DNA of 50,662 nucleotides from an uncultured Lachnospiraceae bacterium (GTDB taxonomy: Bacteria > Bacillota > Clostridia > Christensenellales > UBA1242), in contig CAYTHL010000003.1 in assembly GCA_964437615.1 (NCBI GenBank), positions 1 to 50,662 on the forward strand, in the 5' to 3' direction. Position 1 is the stretch's first letter. Each line of letters begins with the position of its first letter. Positions 31,029 to 40,025 of the stretch are shown here, piece after piece. The notes below the pieces were generated by a model that was not told the origin of the DNA, did not search any database, and saw nothing but the letters and a program-made list of their open reading frames with translations. The position numbers and the translations under genes were made by a program.

Positions 31029-31547
31029 ATGGAAAATTTAAATTATAAAAATTTATATAGCAAATTAGTTCTACTTTTAAACGAATACAGTGGCAGAGAG
31101 GTTGTTTTTTTCTGTGTGGGCAACCACAAAGTTTGGTTTGACTGTTTTGCCCCGTTTTTGGCTGAGTGTTTGCGCAAGTTTAGCCTTAATAAATGTTTTG
31201 TTTATGGTGGCATCAACTTTTCTATTACTCCCGAAAATTTACAAAAATACGCCGCGTTTGTTAAAAATAAACACCCGTCGGCATGCATAATTGTTGTTGA
31301 TAACTGTCTAACTGCAAATTTAGCCGAAAGCGGCAAAATAGTTCTTGCAAAGCGCTGTACCAACCTTGCAGGGTTAATGGGCGGTTATTTATTTGGAGAT
31401 ATATCATTATTATTAAAAACTTTCCCAATGCAAAACAGTTTTAGTTTTTTACGCGTTGTAGAAAACTTACTTTTGCCCGTTACCTCTGCAATAATTTCCG
31501 CAATAAATTGTCAGCCGCAAGAAAACCTTAAAATATGCTATAGTTAG
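31029..31547 (+). CDS. YyaC-like (spore protease GPR/HybD-fold family) protein, divergent
   Basis: Pattern EVVFFCVGNHKVWFDCFAPFLAECL ... VYGG ... IIVVDNCL resembles the YyaC layout (IVCIGTDRSTGD..GPLVG ... VYGT ... IAVDACLG, recalled from memory). Its position next to parB matches Bacillus synteny. The Asp-containing GTDRSTGD-type motif is not conserved here. No obvious SD. Confidence 0.45.
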   Translation: MENLNYKNLYSKLVLLLNEYSGREVVFFCVGNHKVWFDCFAPFLAECLRKFSLNKCFVYGGINFSITPENLQKYAAFVKNKHPSACIIVVDNCLTANLAESGKIVLAKRCTNLAGLMGGYLFGDISLLLKTFPMQNSFSFLRVVENLLLPVTSAIISAINCQPQENLKICYS

Positions 31548-31653
31548 TAGCATAAATTTATATTACAAAACAAGTAAGAAATATGTTTAATATATAAAAA
31601 GTGTAAATATAATATATAATATCATTATTTTGTCGCAGTATTGTAAATTTTGA

Positions 31654-31682
31654 TTGAAATATTTTTTTTGTTGTGGTATTAT
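31654..31682 (+). promoter_or_regulatory. Candidate sigma-70 promoter for ftsH (TTGAAA-17-TATTAT)
   Basis: TTGAAA (31654-31659), a 17-nt spacer tattttttttgttgtgg, then TATTAT (31677-31682). Confidence 0.45.
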
Positions 31683-31798
31683 ATAATATTATTATGTGTC
31701 TTGTTGCAAAATTTTTGTGGCAAAACTGCATGATAATTTGCTTAAAAATCTAAACTAATACAAAACAAATATATTAAATTAAATTTTGGAGGACGAAT

Positions 31799-34297
31799 TT
31801 GGAACAACCACAAAACCAATCAAATAACAAACAAGAAGCGCAAATGCCAAAGTCTAATTTGGTTAGAAATCTGCTTATTTGCATAGGATTATTACTAATT
31901 GTAATGCTAATTTTTTGGGCGTTTAACACGGCATCGCGTGGCACCGAAACCACCTACGACAACATGATAAGCCAAATAGAAACGCACAATGTGTCTGAAC
32001 TAGAAATTGGAAGCAAATACATAGTTGCGCAAACTAATGACGGCAAACAATACTGGATTTACAACAGCAACAATATTGGAGAGCTTTGGCTAGACTATTT
32101 TGCCGACGACACAAACACAACCTTTGATCGCAGCGAAATTAAAGTTATAGTTGGGTCTAGCACAACTTTTAGCATTTTAAACATATTGTACCCTATTTTA
32201 ATGATTGTGGTGCTGTTTATTGTGTTTAGAATGATAATTAAACAGATAGGCAACAGCAACAATAAAACTTTTGATTTTGTTAAAAACCGCGCGCGCATAA
32301 CGCCAAGCAATGTCAAATTTTCCGATGTTGCCGGTGCAGACGAAGAAAAAGCTGAGCTAGAAGAAATTATCGAATTTTTAAAGTCGCCAGACAGGTTTAT
32401 TAAAATGGGCGCGCGCATACCAAAGGGCGTGTTGCTTGTTGGCCCTCCAGGCACTGGCAAAACATTGCTTGCCAAAGCCTGCGCGGGCGAAGCAAATGTG
32501 CCATTTTTTACCATAAGCGGCTCAGATTTTATGGAGCTTTTTGTTGGTGTTGGTGCATCGCGCGTGCGCGACCTATTTGAAACAGCAAAAAAATCTAAGC
32601 CATGCATAATATTTATTGACGAAATTGACGCCGTTGGTCGTCAGCGTGGTGCTGGCATGGGTGGCGGCAACGACGAGCGCGAGCAAACGCTAAACCAGTT
32701 GCTTGTGCAAATGGACGGCTTTGAAAGTAACGAGGGCATTATTGTTATTGCCGCAACCAACCGCGTAGATATTCTAGACCCCGCTCTTTTAAGACCGGGC
32801 AGATTTGATAGGCGAGTATTTATCAATGTTCCAGATGTAAAGGGCAGAGAAGAAATTCTAAAAATTCATGCTAAAAACAAGCCTCTTGCAGAAGATGTCA
32901 ATCTAAAACAAATTGCAAGAATTACTAGCGGTTTTACTGGCGCAGACATAGAAAATATGCTTAACGAGGCGGCGCTGCTGGCGGCAAAATCTAAGTCTAG
33001 CACTATAACTATGGAAGATTTGTCTAACGCCATTGCAAAGGTAACCATGGGCCCACAAAAACGCAGTTATGTGCGTACCGAAAAGGACATCAAAATTACC
33101 GCCGTGCATGAATCAGGCCATGCAGTTATTGCCAAAGTTGTTAAAAATGGAGATACTGTACACGAGGTGTCGGTGGTTCCACGTGGAAACGCTGGTGGCT
33201 ACACCCTTTCTAGACCAGAAACCGACGACAAGTATGTTCAAAAGCAAAAACTGCTAGACATGATTACCATGCTGCTTGGGGGGCGCACTGCCGAAAAGCT
33301 GTTTTTGGACGATATTTCCACGGGTGCCAGCAACGATATAGAGCGTGCCACAAGCCTTGCTAGAAGCATGGTAACCGAGTGGGGCATGAGTGATGCTGTG
33401 GGCTTAATGACCCTTGGCAGCGAAAACGACCAAGTATTTTTGGGTAGAGATTACGCAACGCGCGCCAATTACAGCGAGCAAGCGGCAGCTCTTATAGACA
33501 AAGAAGTTCACAAAATTATTGAGGGTTGTGCAAAACACGCCGAGCAAATTTTGTCCGAAAACAAGAAAAAGGTTAATACTATGGTAGATATCTTGCTAGA
33601 AAAGGAAACTATTTATCAAGATGAAATAGACCTTATTATGCAAGGCAAGTCTAAAAAAGAAATTTTAGAAACCATTAAGCAAAAAACGGCAGCCGAAGCC
33701 GAGGCAAAGGCGCAAAAAGAAACTCTAAAACTTGTAGCTAGTAGTGCTAGCGACAAAGAAAATGCTACCGAAAAAAATGACAACACAAACGGCACAGCAG
33801 CAAAAGCAAATACTTCTGCTAACAATGCGGCACCAAGAAAAACTGCCGAAAAAATTGACATAGACGAACTTATTGCCATAGCCGAAAAACGCGCCGCTGA
33901 GCAACTGCCAGCAGAAAATTCTGCGGAAAACAGCCAAGTTAGCACAAAGACAGATAGCGACAAAACTATTACAGCGGCAGCCAAGCAAGAAAATGCCATA
34001 AATCAAGAAGGCGCTGGCAAAGACAGACAAACAAGCGCAGCCAAAACTAATGCGCACGCCAAGACGGCAACCAAAAGCGCTGCTAGCAATACTGCCCAAA
34101 CAGCCAAAAAATCTACTGCAAAAAGTGCAACAAACAAAACGGCAACAATGGGCAAAAAATCTGCCAGCGCAAAATCTACAAACTCGGGCGCCAAAAGTGC
34201 GGCAAGCAAAACCACAAAAAAAGCAGATAGAGTCAGCACTAAAACAGCGTCTAAGCAGACAAACTCCAAAAATTCTGGTACCGACGAAGATAATTAG
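31799..34297 (+). CDS. ftsH: ATP-dependent zinc metalloprotease FtsH with a long low-complexity C-terminal extension
   Basis: Walker [14 protein letters not shown], Walker [33 protein letters not shown] and zinc motif HESGHAV. TTG start at 31799 with GGAGGA 7 nt upstream. The last roughly 200 aa are K/A/S/T-rich. Confidence 0.9.
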   Translation: MEQPQNQSNNKQEAQMPKSNLVRNLLICIGLLLIVMLIFWAFNTASRGTETTYDNMISQIETHNVSELEIGSKYIVAQTNDGKQYWIYNSNNIGELWLDYFADDTNTTFDRSEIKVIVGSSTTFSILNILYPILMIVVLFIVFRMIIKQIGNSNNKTFDFVKNRARITPSNVKFSDVAGADEEKAELEEIIEFLKSPDRFIKMGARIPKGVLLVGPPGTGKTLLAKACAGEANVPFFTISGSDFMELFVGVGASRVRDLFETAKKSKPCIIFIDEIDAVGRQRGAGMGGGNDEREQTLNQLLVQMDGFESNEGIIVIAATNRVDILDPALLRPGRFDRRVFINVPDVKGREEILKIHAKNKPLAEDVNLKQIARITSGFTGADIENMLNEAALLAAKSKSSTITMEDLSNAIAKVTMGPQKRSYVRTEKDIKITAVHESGHAVIAKVVKNGDTVHEVSVVPRGNAGGYTLSRPETDDKYVQKQKLLDMITMLLGGRTAEKLFLDDISTGASNDIERATSLARSMVTEWGMSDAVGLMTLGSENDQVFLGRDYATRANYSEQAAALIDKEVHKIIEGCAKHAEQILSENKKKVNTMVDILLEKETIYQDEIDLIMQGKSKKEILETIKQKTAAEAEAKAQKETLKLVASSASDKENATEKNDNTNGTAAKANTSANNAAPRKTAEKIDIDELIAIAEKRAAEQLPAENSAENSQVSTKTDSDKTITAAAKQENAINQEGAGKDRQTSAAKTNAHAKTATKSAASNTAQTAKKSTAKSATNKTATMGKKSASAKSTNSGAKSAASKTTKKADRVSTKTASKQTNSKNSGTDEDN

Positions 34298-34341
34298 CTT
34301 ACCTTTTGCGCAGCTTAAAATTACCTAACTAGGGGGAACAC

Positions 34342-34971
34342 ATGAAAAAACTTTGTATAATTACGGCTGTTTATGCGGCAGTGGTAATTGCAATAATTAC
34401 AAGCCTATGCTTTATAAAGCCAAAGGCTGCATTTAGTTTTGCCGATGCCAGCTATATTGTACCCTACAATGGATCTGATGCAGTAGGGCTAAATACGGGG
34501 GTAGGGTATGGTTTATCTACTACTCAAAAAGGCGACACAAGCGGCGAATATTATACAAAGTCTGAAGAGGCGGTATATAAAAATTTAAATAAACTTATTG
34601 CAGAAATGTTTACCCAAACTGCTATTACAACAATTTACAAAAATGGCACTTTTGGAACCACCGTAAGCCAAGATGTTAATAACAAATATAATTCAATGAA
34701 CGACAAATTAATTATGGGATACTACGCTGTGCAAGTTAGGTTTGATGCAGACCATAAGCAACGCCAAATTGTCTATGTGGATGGCGACAGCAAAATTATA
34801 GAGTATTTTGGCATAATTATATTGCTTAGCGTTGGCAAGGGCTATCAGCAGGTGCTTATCTATTTTGTTACAAGTACCGACGATACACAACTAACAGACT
34901 ATGGCGACTCTCCAATGCTTGCGTGGGCAAACACTACAAAACTTATAAAATATATTCAGTCAATATCTTAG
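34342..34971 (+). CDS. Hypothetical membrane-anchored/secreted protein
   Basis: 209-aa ORF with GGGGGA 6 nt upstream of the ATG. N-terminal hydrophobic helix (LCIITAVYAAVVIAIITSLCFI). No family recognised. Confidence 0.6.
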   Translation: MKKLCIITAVYAAVVIAIITSLCFIKPKAAFSFADASYIVPYNGSDAVGLNTGVGYGLSTTQKGDTSGEYYTKSEEAVYKNLNKLIAEMFTQTAITTIYKNGTFGTTVSQDVNNKYNSMNDKLIMGYYAVQVRFDADHKQRQIVYVDGDSKIIEYFGIIILLSVGKGYQQVLIYFVTSTDDTQLTDYGDSPMLAWANTTKLIKYIQSIS

Positions 34972-34989
34972 GTTGATAAAACAGAGAAC

Positions 34990-35016
34990 AAAAGAGGGTT
35001 TACACCCTCTTTTAAA
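34990..35016 (+). terminator. Rho-independent terminator
   Basis: AGAGGGT-ttac-ACCCTCT followed by TTTTAAATTT, 20 nt after the 34971 stop. Confidence 0.7.
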
Positions 35017-35256
35017 TTTACAAATTTAGTTAAATTTTATTAAATTTAAGTTACTAATTTTTAGCGCTTTACACTTTAATATCTATCATTTGCAAAAATT
35101 TAATATATTGTTTTGCGAGGGGTAGAGTGGTCTATACCATTTTTTTGCGCGTGGCCATGACACAAAAAAGTATGCTATCCTTGGATGCAAAGGAAATACC
35201 CTCTTTGGGTATATTTGCAAACTTAGCGTCTATCAGTTTGCTTACTAAATGATATT

Positions 35257-36051
35257 TTATAACAAATTGCCAGTGCAAGACGCAAAGATAATTATTGCGG
35301 CGGCAAACAAGAATAGATATCCAGCAAACCATAGCCATTTGTTTTTATGCACAAGTTTAAGCATCCATTTTAGGGTTAGCGCTGCGCTTATAAATGCCAC
35401 AACAAAGCCAATAATCATAGGTCCAATATCGGCAGAATTAAAGCCAAAACCGTGCTTTACGCCGCCATAAATTTCGTATGCCACGCTGCAAATGATAACG
35501 GGTATAGACAGTAAAAAGCTATACCTTGCGCTCTGCACTTGCCCACTGCCACAAAGTACGCCAGCAGTAAGGGTGCTGCCGCTGCGCGAAAGCCCCGGCA
35601 GTACTGCAATACCTTGCACAACACCAATTATTACCGATTGCTTGTAACCAATTTCGCCAAGCGCGTTGTATTTTGCGCTTTTTTGATAGCAGTTTAGCAC
35701 AACCATAAGTACGCCAGTTATTGCAAAACCAATAGCTACAACCAGCAAACTGCCCTCTGCGCCAATAAGTAAGTCTATGCAAATGCCAAGCACGCCAGTA
35801 ATTATGGTGCTAAGCAGCAGCATTCGCATATATTTGCTTAGCGGGTGTTTTATAAGGTCTACAATATCCCGCCACATAACTATGCAGAGTGCCAAAAGGG
35901 TAGCCACATGCAAAATTACATTATACAGCACGCTGCCCTCGCCCAAACCAAAAACTATTTCAAAAAATGTCAAATGTCCACTACTAGAAACGGGCAAAAA
36001 CTCGGTCAGTCCCTGCACCAAACCCAAAATTATAGCAAGCCAATAAGTCAT
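35257..36051 (-). CDS. uppP: Undecaprenyl-diphosphate phosphatase (BacA/UppP)
   Basis: LTEFLPVSSSGHL and LPGLSRSGSTLTAG motifs. I place the start at ATG 36051 (MTYWLAIILG), preceded by GGGGGA, rather than at the track's 36141. Confidence 0.85.
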   Translation of the reverse strand: MTYWLAIILGLVQGLTEFLPVSSSGHLTFFEIVFGLGEGSVLYNVILHVATLLALCIVMWRDIVDLIKHPLSKYMRMLLLSTIITGVLGICIDLLIGAEGSLLVVAIGFAITGVLMVVLNCYQKSAKYNALGEIGYKQSVIIGVVQGIAVLPGLSRSGSTLTAGVLCGSGQVQSARYSFLLSIPVIICSVAYEIYGGVKHGFGFNSADIGPMIIGFVVAFISAALTLKWMLKLVHKNKWLWFAGYLFLFAAAIIIFASCTGNLL

Positions 36052-36268
36052 AAATCCCCCAATTGCACGCAAAATATAATAGATGATAATAGTATAATTG
36101 TATGAAAAATATTTTGCAAGCATAATTAAAAGTTTAAACAAAATTTGTTTTTGGCAGATAATAAAATTTTGGCATACTTTTTAGCGCAAAATTAAGTTAT
36201 ATTATGGTAAAAAACACTTTATTTTTGCCTTTAAATTATGTATAATTAGCATAAAAAGGAGCAAAAAT

Positions 36269-37366
36269 ATGGAACTAGGAGTTGTTGGTTTGCCCAATGT
36301 TGGCAAAAGTACACTTTTTAACGCTATAACCAAGGCGGGAGCCGAAAGCGCAAACTATCCCTTTTGCACAATAGAGCCAAATGTTGGCGTGGTTGCCGTG
36401 CCAGACGAAAGGCTAACCGTTTTGGGCAAAATGTATAACACCCAAAAAATCACCTCGGCAAGTTTAAAATTTGTAGATATTGCCGGGCTTGTAAAAGGCG
36501 CATCAAAGGGCGAAGGCCTTGGTAATAAATTTTTGGCAAGCATTAGGGAGTGCGAGGCCATTGTGCATGTGGTGCGCCTTTTTGCCGACCCAAATGTAAC
36601 CCATGTTGACGGCAGTGTCAACCCACTGCGAGATATAGAAACTATAAACCTAGAGCTAAGCCTTGCCGACCTAGAAAGCGTAGCTAAGCAGCTAGAAAAA
36701 GTTAGTAAAAAGGCAAAGCAGAACGACAAAGAGGCCATTTTTGAGCAGAATGTGCTTGTAAAGTTGCAAGAGGCGCTAAACGACGGCAAATTGGCAAAGA
36801 CTGTGCCGCTAACGGCCGAAGAAAAGGAATACGCAAACAGTTTGTTTTTAATTACAACCAAGCCAGTAATTTACGCGTGCAACATTTCCGAAAGTGACAT
36901 CGGCAAGCCAGAAGACGAAATTTCTGGCGTAAAAGAGGTAAAACAACTTGCCGCAGCCGAGGGTAGTGAAGTTTTGGTTATAAGTGCCAAGGTTGAGCAG
37001 GAATTAACCGAGCTAGAAGACGACGAACGAGAAATGTTTTTGGCAGAACTTGGTCTGCAAGAAAGCGGACTTAATAAAATAATTAAACTTGGCTACAAAT
37101 TGCTTGGTCAAATTAGTTTTTTAACAGCCGGCGAAAAGGAAGTTCGGGCGTGGACAATAATAAAAGGCACCAAAGCGCCGGGGGCGGCGGGCAAAATTCA
37201 TACCGATTTTGAGCGTGGCTTTATAAAGGCCGAAGTTGTTAGCTATCAAGACCTAATTAGCGCCGGCAGCTACCTTGCCGCCAAAGAGCACGGCAAAGTG
37301 CGCATAGAGGGCAAAGACTACACAGTTTCCGACGGCGACATCATGCTCTTTAAATTTAATGTGTAG
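36269..37366 (+). CDS. ychF: Ribosome-binding ATPase YchF (OLA1 family GTPase-like)
   Basis: [25 protein letters not shown], and a C-terminal TGS-like [19 protein letters not shown] lies upstream of the ATG. Confidence 0.9.
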   Translation: MELGVVGLPNVGKSTLFNAITKAGAESANYPFCTIEPNVGVVAVPDERLTVLGKMYNTQKITSASLKFVDIAGLVKGASKGEGLGNKFLASIRECEAIVHVVRLFADPNVTHVDGSVNPLRDIETINLELSLADLESVAKQLEKVSKKAKQNDKEAIFEQNVLVKLQEALNDGKLAKTVPLTAEEKEYANSLFLITTKPVIYACNISESDIGKPEDEISGVKEVKQLAAAEGSEVLVISAKVEQELTELEDDEREMFLAELGLQESGLNKIIKLGYKLLGQISFLTAGEKEVRAWTIIKGTKAPGAAGKIHTDFERGFIKAEVVSYQDLISAGSYLAAKEHGKVRIEGKDYTVSDGDIMLFKFNV

Positions 37367-37481
37367 ATGCGGGCAACAATATTTAAATTTTTATTACATA
37401 ACAGTACTATTTGTAAATTTGGAGGCATGTTGTTTTAGTATCCATTCTACGCGGCGTCACAACCCTTGCCTAACCACCGGC

Positions 37482-37630
37482 GGCGGCCTGTCACCTTGTC
37501 ATTTCAAGCGCGGCACAAGCGATGGGATGACACATAAAAAAGGCTTGCGGCGGCCTGCCACTATGTCATTTCAAGCGCGGCACAAGCGATGGGATGACAC
37601 ATAAAAAGGGCTTGCGGCGGCCTGCATATG
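37482..37630. repeat. GC-rich 67-bp tandem repeat, 2.2 copies, in the convergent ychF/cls intergenic region
   Basis: Units 37482-37548 and 37549-37615 differ at 4 of 67 positions (ggcggcctg[t/c]cac[ct/ta]tgtcatttcaagcgcggcacaagcgatgggatgacacataaaaa[a/g]ggcttgc). A third partial unit ggcggcctgca follows. Confidence 0.9.
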
Positions 37631-37652
37631 GCGCAAAAGGGGCTGCTATTAA

Positions 37653-39295
37653 TTACAGTAGCGGGGCAAAAACACGCACAAGGCTGCATATAAAACGCTG
37701 AAATGGGTTTTGCCTGCAGTCGGCAGGGGATATGTACTTGCACACGCTTAACGTCTTGGCAAAATCGGCCTCAATGTCTACAACTGCCGAAGTTTTGTAC
37801 ATCCAAATACCGTTTTCAAAGTGGTGAACAAAGCTGCGATAATCCAAATTAATTGTGCCAACTATTGCAATTTTGTCATCTGCCACAATACCCTTTGCGT
37901 GGATAAATCCCGGCAGATATTCAAAAATTTGCACGCCACGTTTAATTAGCCTTGGATAATAACTGCGGCTAATTAACTGAACAACCTTTTTATCTGGCCT
38001 ATACGGAGTAATTATCTTTACTTCTACGCCGCGTTGTGCCGCACTCTCTAGGGCGCTAGCAATCTCGTTGTCTATAATTAGGTACGGTGAAGTTATGTGC
38101 ACGTAGTTTTGTGCCTGATTTATTATATTTAAAAAAGCCGTTTTTGCCACCGCTGTTGGGTATATTGGGCTTGGTCCGTCGCTAAATGGTACAACAAATC
38201 CGTTGTTTACGCAATTTTCGGCGGAAGCAACCACAGGAGCGGTTAAAGCTTTTATGTTTTTAGTTTTTTGGACTCTTTCTACTAATGCTTGTGGGCAATT
38301 GTCTGCTATGCTATTTTCGAAGTCCAAATTTAAATATGCCGAAAAATCGGAAATTGGGGCAAGGCTGTTAAATTCGTAGTCGGACAAAAACAAATAAGTT
38401 AATTCTTTTACGGCATCGCCAGTTATTCTAATGCCGCTATCTTTCCAATGCCCAAATCTGTTAATTTTGTTAATATACTCGTCGGCAATATTTACTCCGC
38501 CAGTGTAACCAATTTCGCCGTCAACAATTGTCATTTTTCGGTGGCTTCTATTGTTAAATTCGCTGCTGGCAGTGCCCCTTAAAATGGCAAAAGGCACAGC
38601 TTTAATGCCGCGTTTGCGCAAAGTTTTAAAATACAAACTTGGCAGAGTGGTCATGCAGCCAATGTCGTCATAAACAACCCTAACTTCTACGCCTTGACCT
38701 ACTTTTTGTTCTAAGATTTTTAAAATTGTGTTCCAAAATTCGCCTTTTTGGATAATAAATATTCAATAAAAATAAACTTTTTGGCTTTTTGCAGGTCTTC
38801 TACCATGCTTTTAAACATGTCTTCGCCGCTGCTAAAATAAGTAGTTGTGCAGTTTGTGTACACATGCGTTCCTGTGCTTGCCACCAAAAAAGAGGCTTGA
38901 CCCGCCGCCAAACTATCTGCAGAAAGAGCATCAAAGGCTGCATTATTGTCATATTTTATTACTTGCTTAGCAATCTGTCTAAGCCGCTTACTTTGTCTGC
39001 GAGATAGCTTGCGTGAATAAAAAATAAAATATAGCATAAATCCGGCAATCGGCAAAACCAAAATAACCAGCAGCCACGGCGCTTTGTAATCGGGGTTGTC
39101 GTCACTATTAATAACCCGCAAAACGCACCAAATTTGAGTAAGTGCAACCAGAATATAAAAGTATGGCACATAGACGCACAGTGCCATAACACCCACCACA
39201 ATAGCTAGCGTTTCGGCAAGTGCCAAAAGTATAGCCAGTGAGTATCTTAGCGGAATATATTTTAGTTTTTTTGGTGCAGATGACTTTTGTTTCAT
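37653..39295 (-). pseudogene. cls: Cardiolipin synthase interrupted by a single -1 frameshift (or a homopolymer sequencing error)
   Basis: The N-terminal ORF (38720-39295) ends ..FIFIEYLLSKKANFGTQF*. Re-reading one base at the T3 run (plus-strand aaa, 38757-38759) gives ..FIFIEYFIIQKGEFWNTILKILEQKVGQGVEVRVVYDDIGCMTTLPSLYF.., which joins seamlessly to ORF 37653-38654. Both HKD motifs (HRKMTIVDGE, IHAKGIVADD) are intact. Confidence 0.8.
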
Positions 39296-39690
39296 AATGC
39301 TCCTAAGTTGCAGATATATTTTTAACCATATTTTGTTGTAATTATGTTTGCAACCCCAATATACTTGTCAGTTTTTTATATTTGCTGTTATTTGTTTTTT
39401 ATATTTTCTCACCACCTTTAGTATAATTTATAGGATGGCCTAATAACTAGGCACTTTAAAAATTTTTGTTAGCAAAATCAGCAATATTGAGTAGTATTAT
39501 TTTGGTGTGCAAAAGTAGTATAGCACTAAAGAATGTCCGTTGTCAAAACTGCTGCACAAATAAGAATATAAATTTTTATTGAAAAATCTATATTCTACTA
39601 CAAAACAATATTAATTTATTAAAATATAAACAAAAAAACCTATGGTTTTGCACCAAACCTTGCAGGGCTAAATACATCAGTTTTTTTGTT

Positions 39691-39722
39691 TTAAAAAATC
39701 TAGGCATTTGCCTAGATTTTTA
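39691..39722 (-). terminator. Rho-independent terminator after the Cys-rich peptide gene
   Basis: Perfect inverted repeat aaaatctaggca-tt-tgcctagatttt. On the minus strand the hairpin is followed by TTTTTTAA. It lies 30 nt downstream of the stop at 39752. Confidence 0.75.
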
Positions 39723-39751
39723 GATAATTATAGCGCATATTTGGCTACAAG

Positions 39752-39874
39752 TTATCTAGCGCAAGAAGAACCGCAATCAGATTCTTTGCTGCTGCGATGA
39801 GTGTCACATGCAGATGCTTTGCCGCTCTTACTGCCGCAGCACTTAGACGATTTGCAATTTTTGTCTTTCTTCAT
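39752..39874 (-). CDS. 40-aa Cys/Ser/Lys-rich peptide (MKKDKNCKSSKCCGSKSGKASACDTHRSSKESDCGSSCAR), function unknown
   Basis: Hand-translated; it falls below the ORF-track cut-off. AAGGAGG lies 5 nt upstream of ATG 39874. Terminator hairpins sit both upstream (39990-40015) and downstream (39691-39722). Six Cys, one His, ten Ser and eight Lys, with no hydrophobic core. Confidence 0.6.
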   Translation of the reverse strand: MKKDKNCKSSKCCGSKSGKASACDTHRSSKESDCGSSCAR

Positions 39875-39989
39875 ATCTTCCTCCTTGACTAATGCTAGTA
39901 TGTGCACTTTTGGGCAAGGTATTCACAAAAATTCAAATTTCGCGCAAATTTTTTGTATAAACTGCAAGTTGTAAAGTTAACTATACAAC

Positions 39990-40015
39990 AAAAAAGGTGC
40001 GGGGTAGCCACACCT
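39990..40015 (-). terminator. Rho-independent terminator after the second ABC-like gene
   Basis: The minus strand reads AGGTGTGG-ctacc-CCGCACCT followed by TTTTTTG. The stem is fully paired only in the minus-strand RNA (a U-G wobble, which would be a C-A mismatch on the + strand). It lies 11 nt after the stop at 40026. Confidence 0.65.
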
Positions 40016-40025
40016 AATGTCTGGG

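Noticed and set aside
37482-37630. Possible mini-CRISPR array, because of repeated GC-rich units.
   Set aside because: The units are directly contiguous and the whole 67-bp period is duplicated. There are no unique spacers and no cas genes in the window, so it is a tandem repeat.
39752-39874. Whether the six-Cys 40-aa peptide is a SCIFF (six cysteines in forty-five residues) RiPP precursor.
   Set aside because: It lacks the SCIFF-type GGCGECQ..SC..SC core pattern as I remember it, and no radical-SAM maturase gene is adjacent. I kept it as an unclassified Cys-rich peptide.
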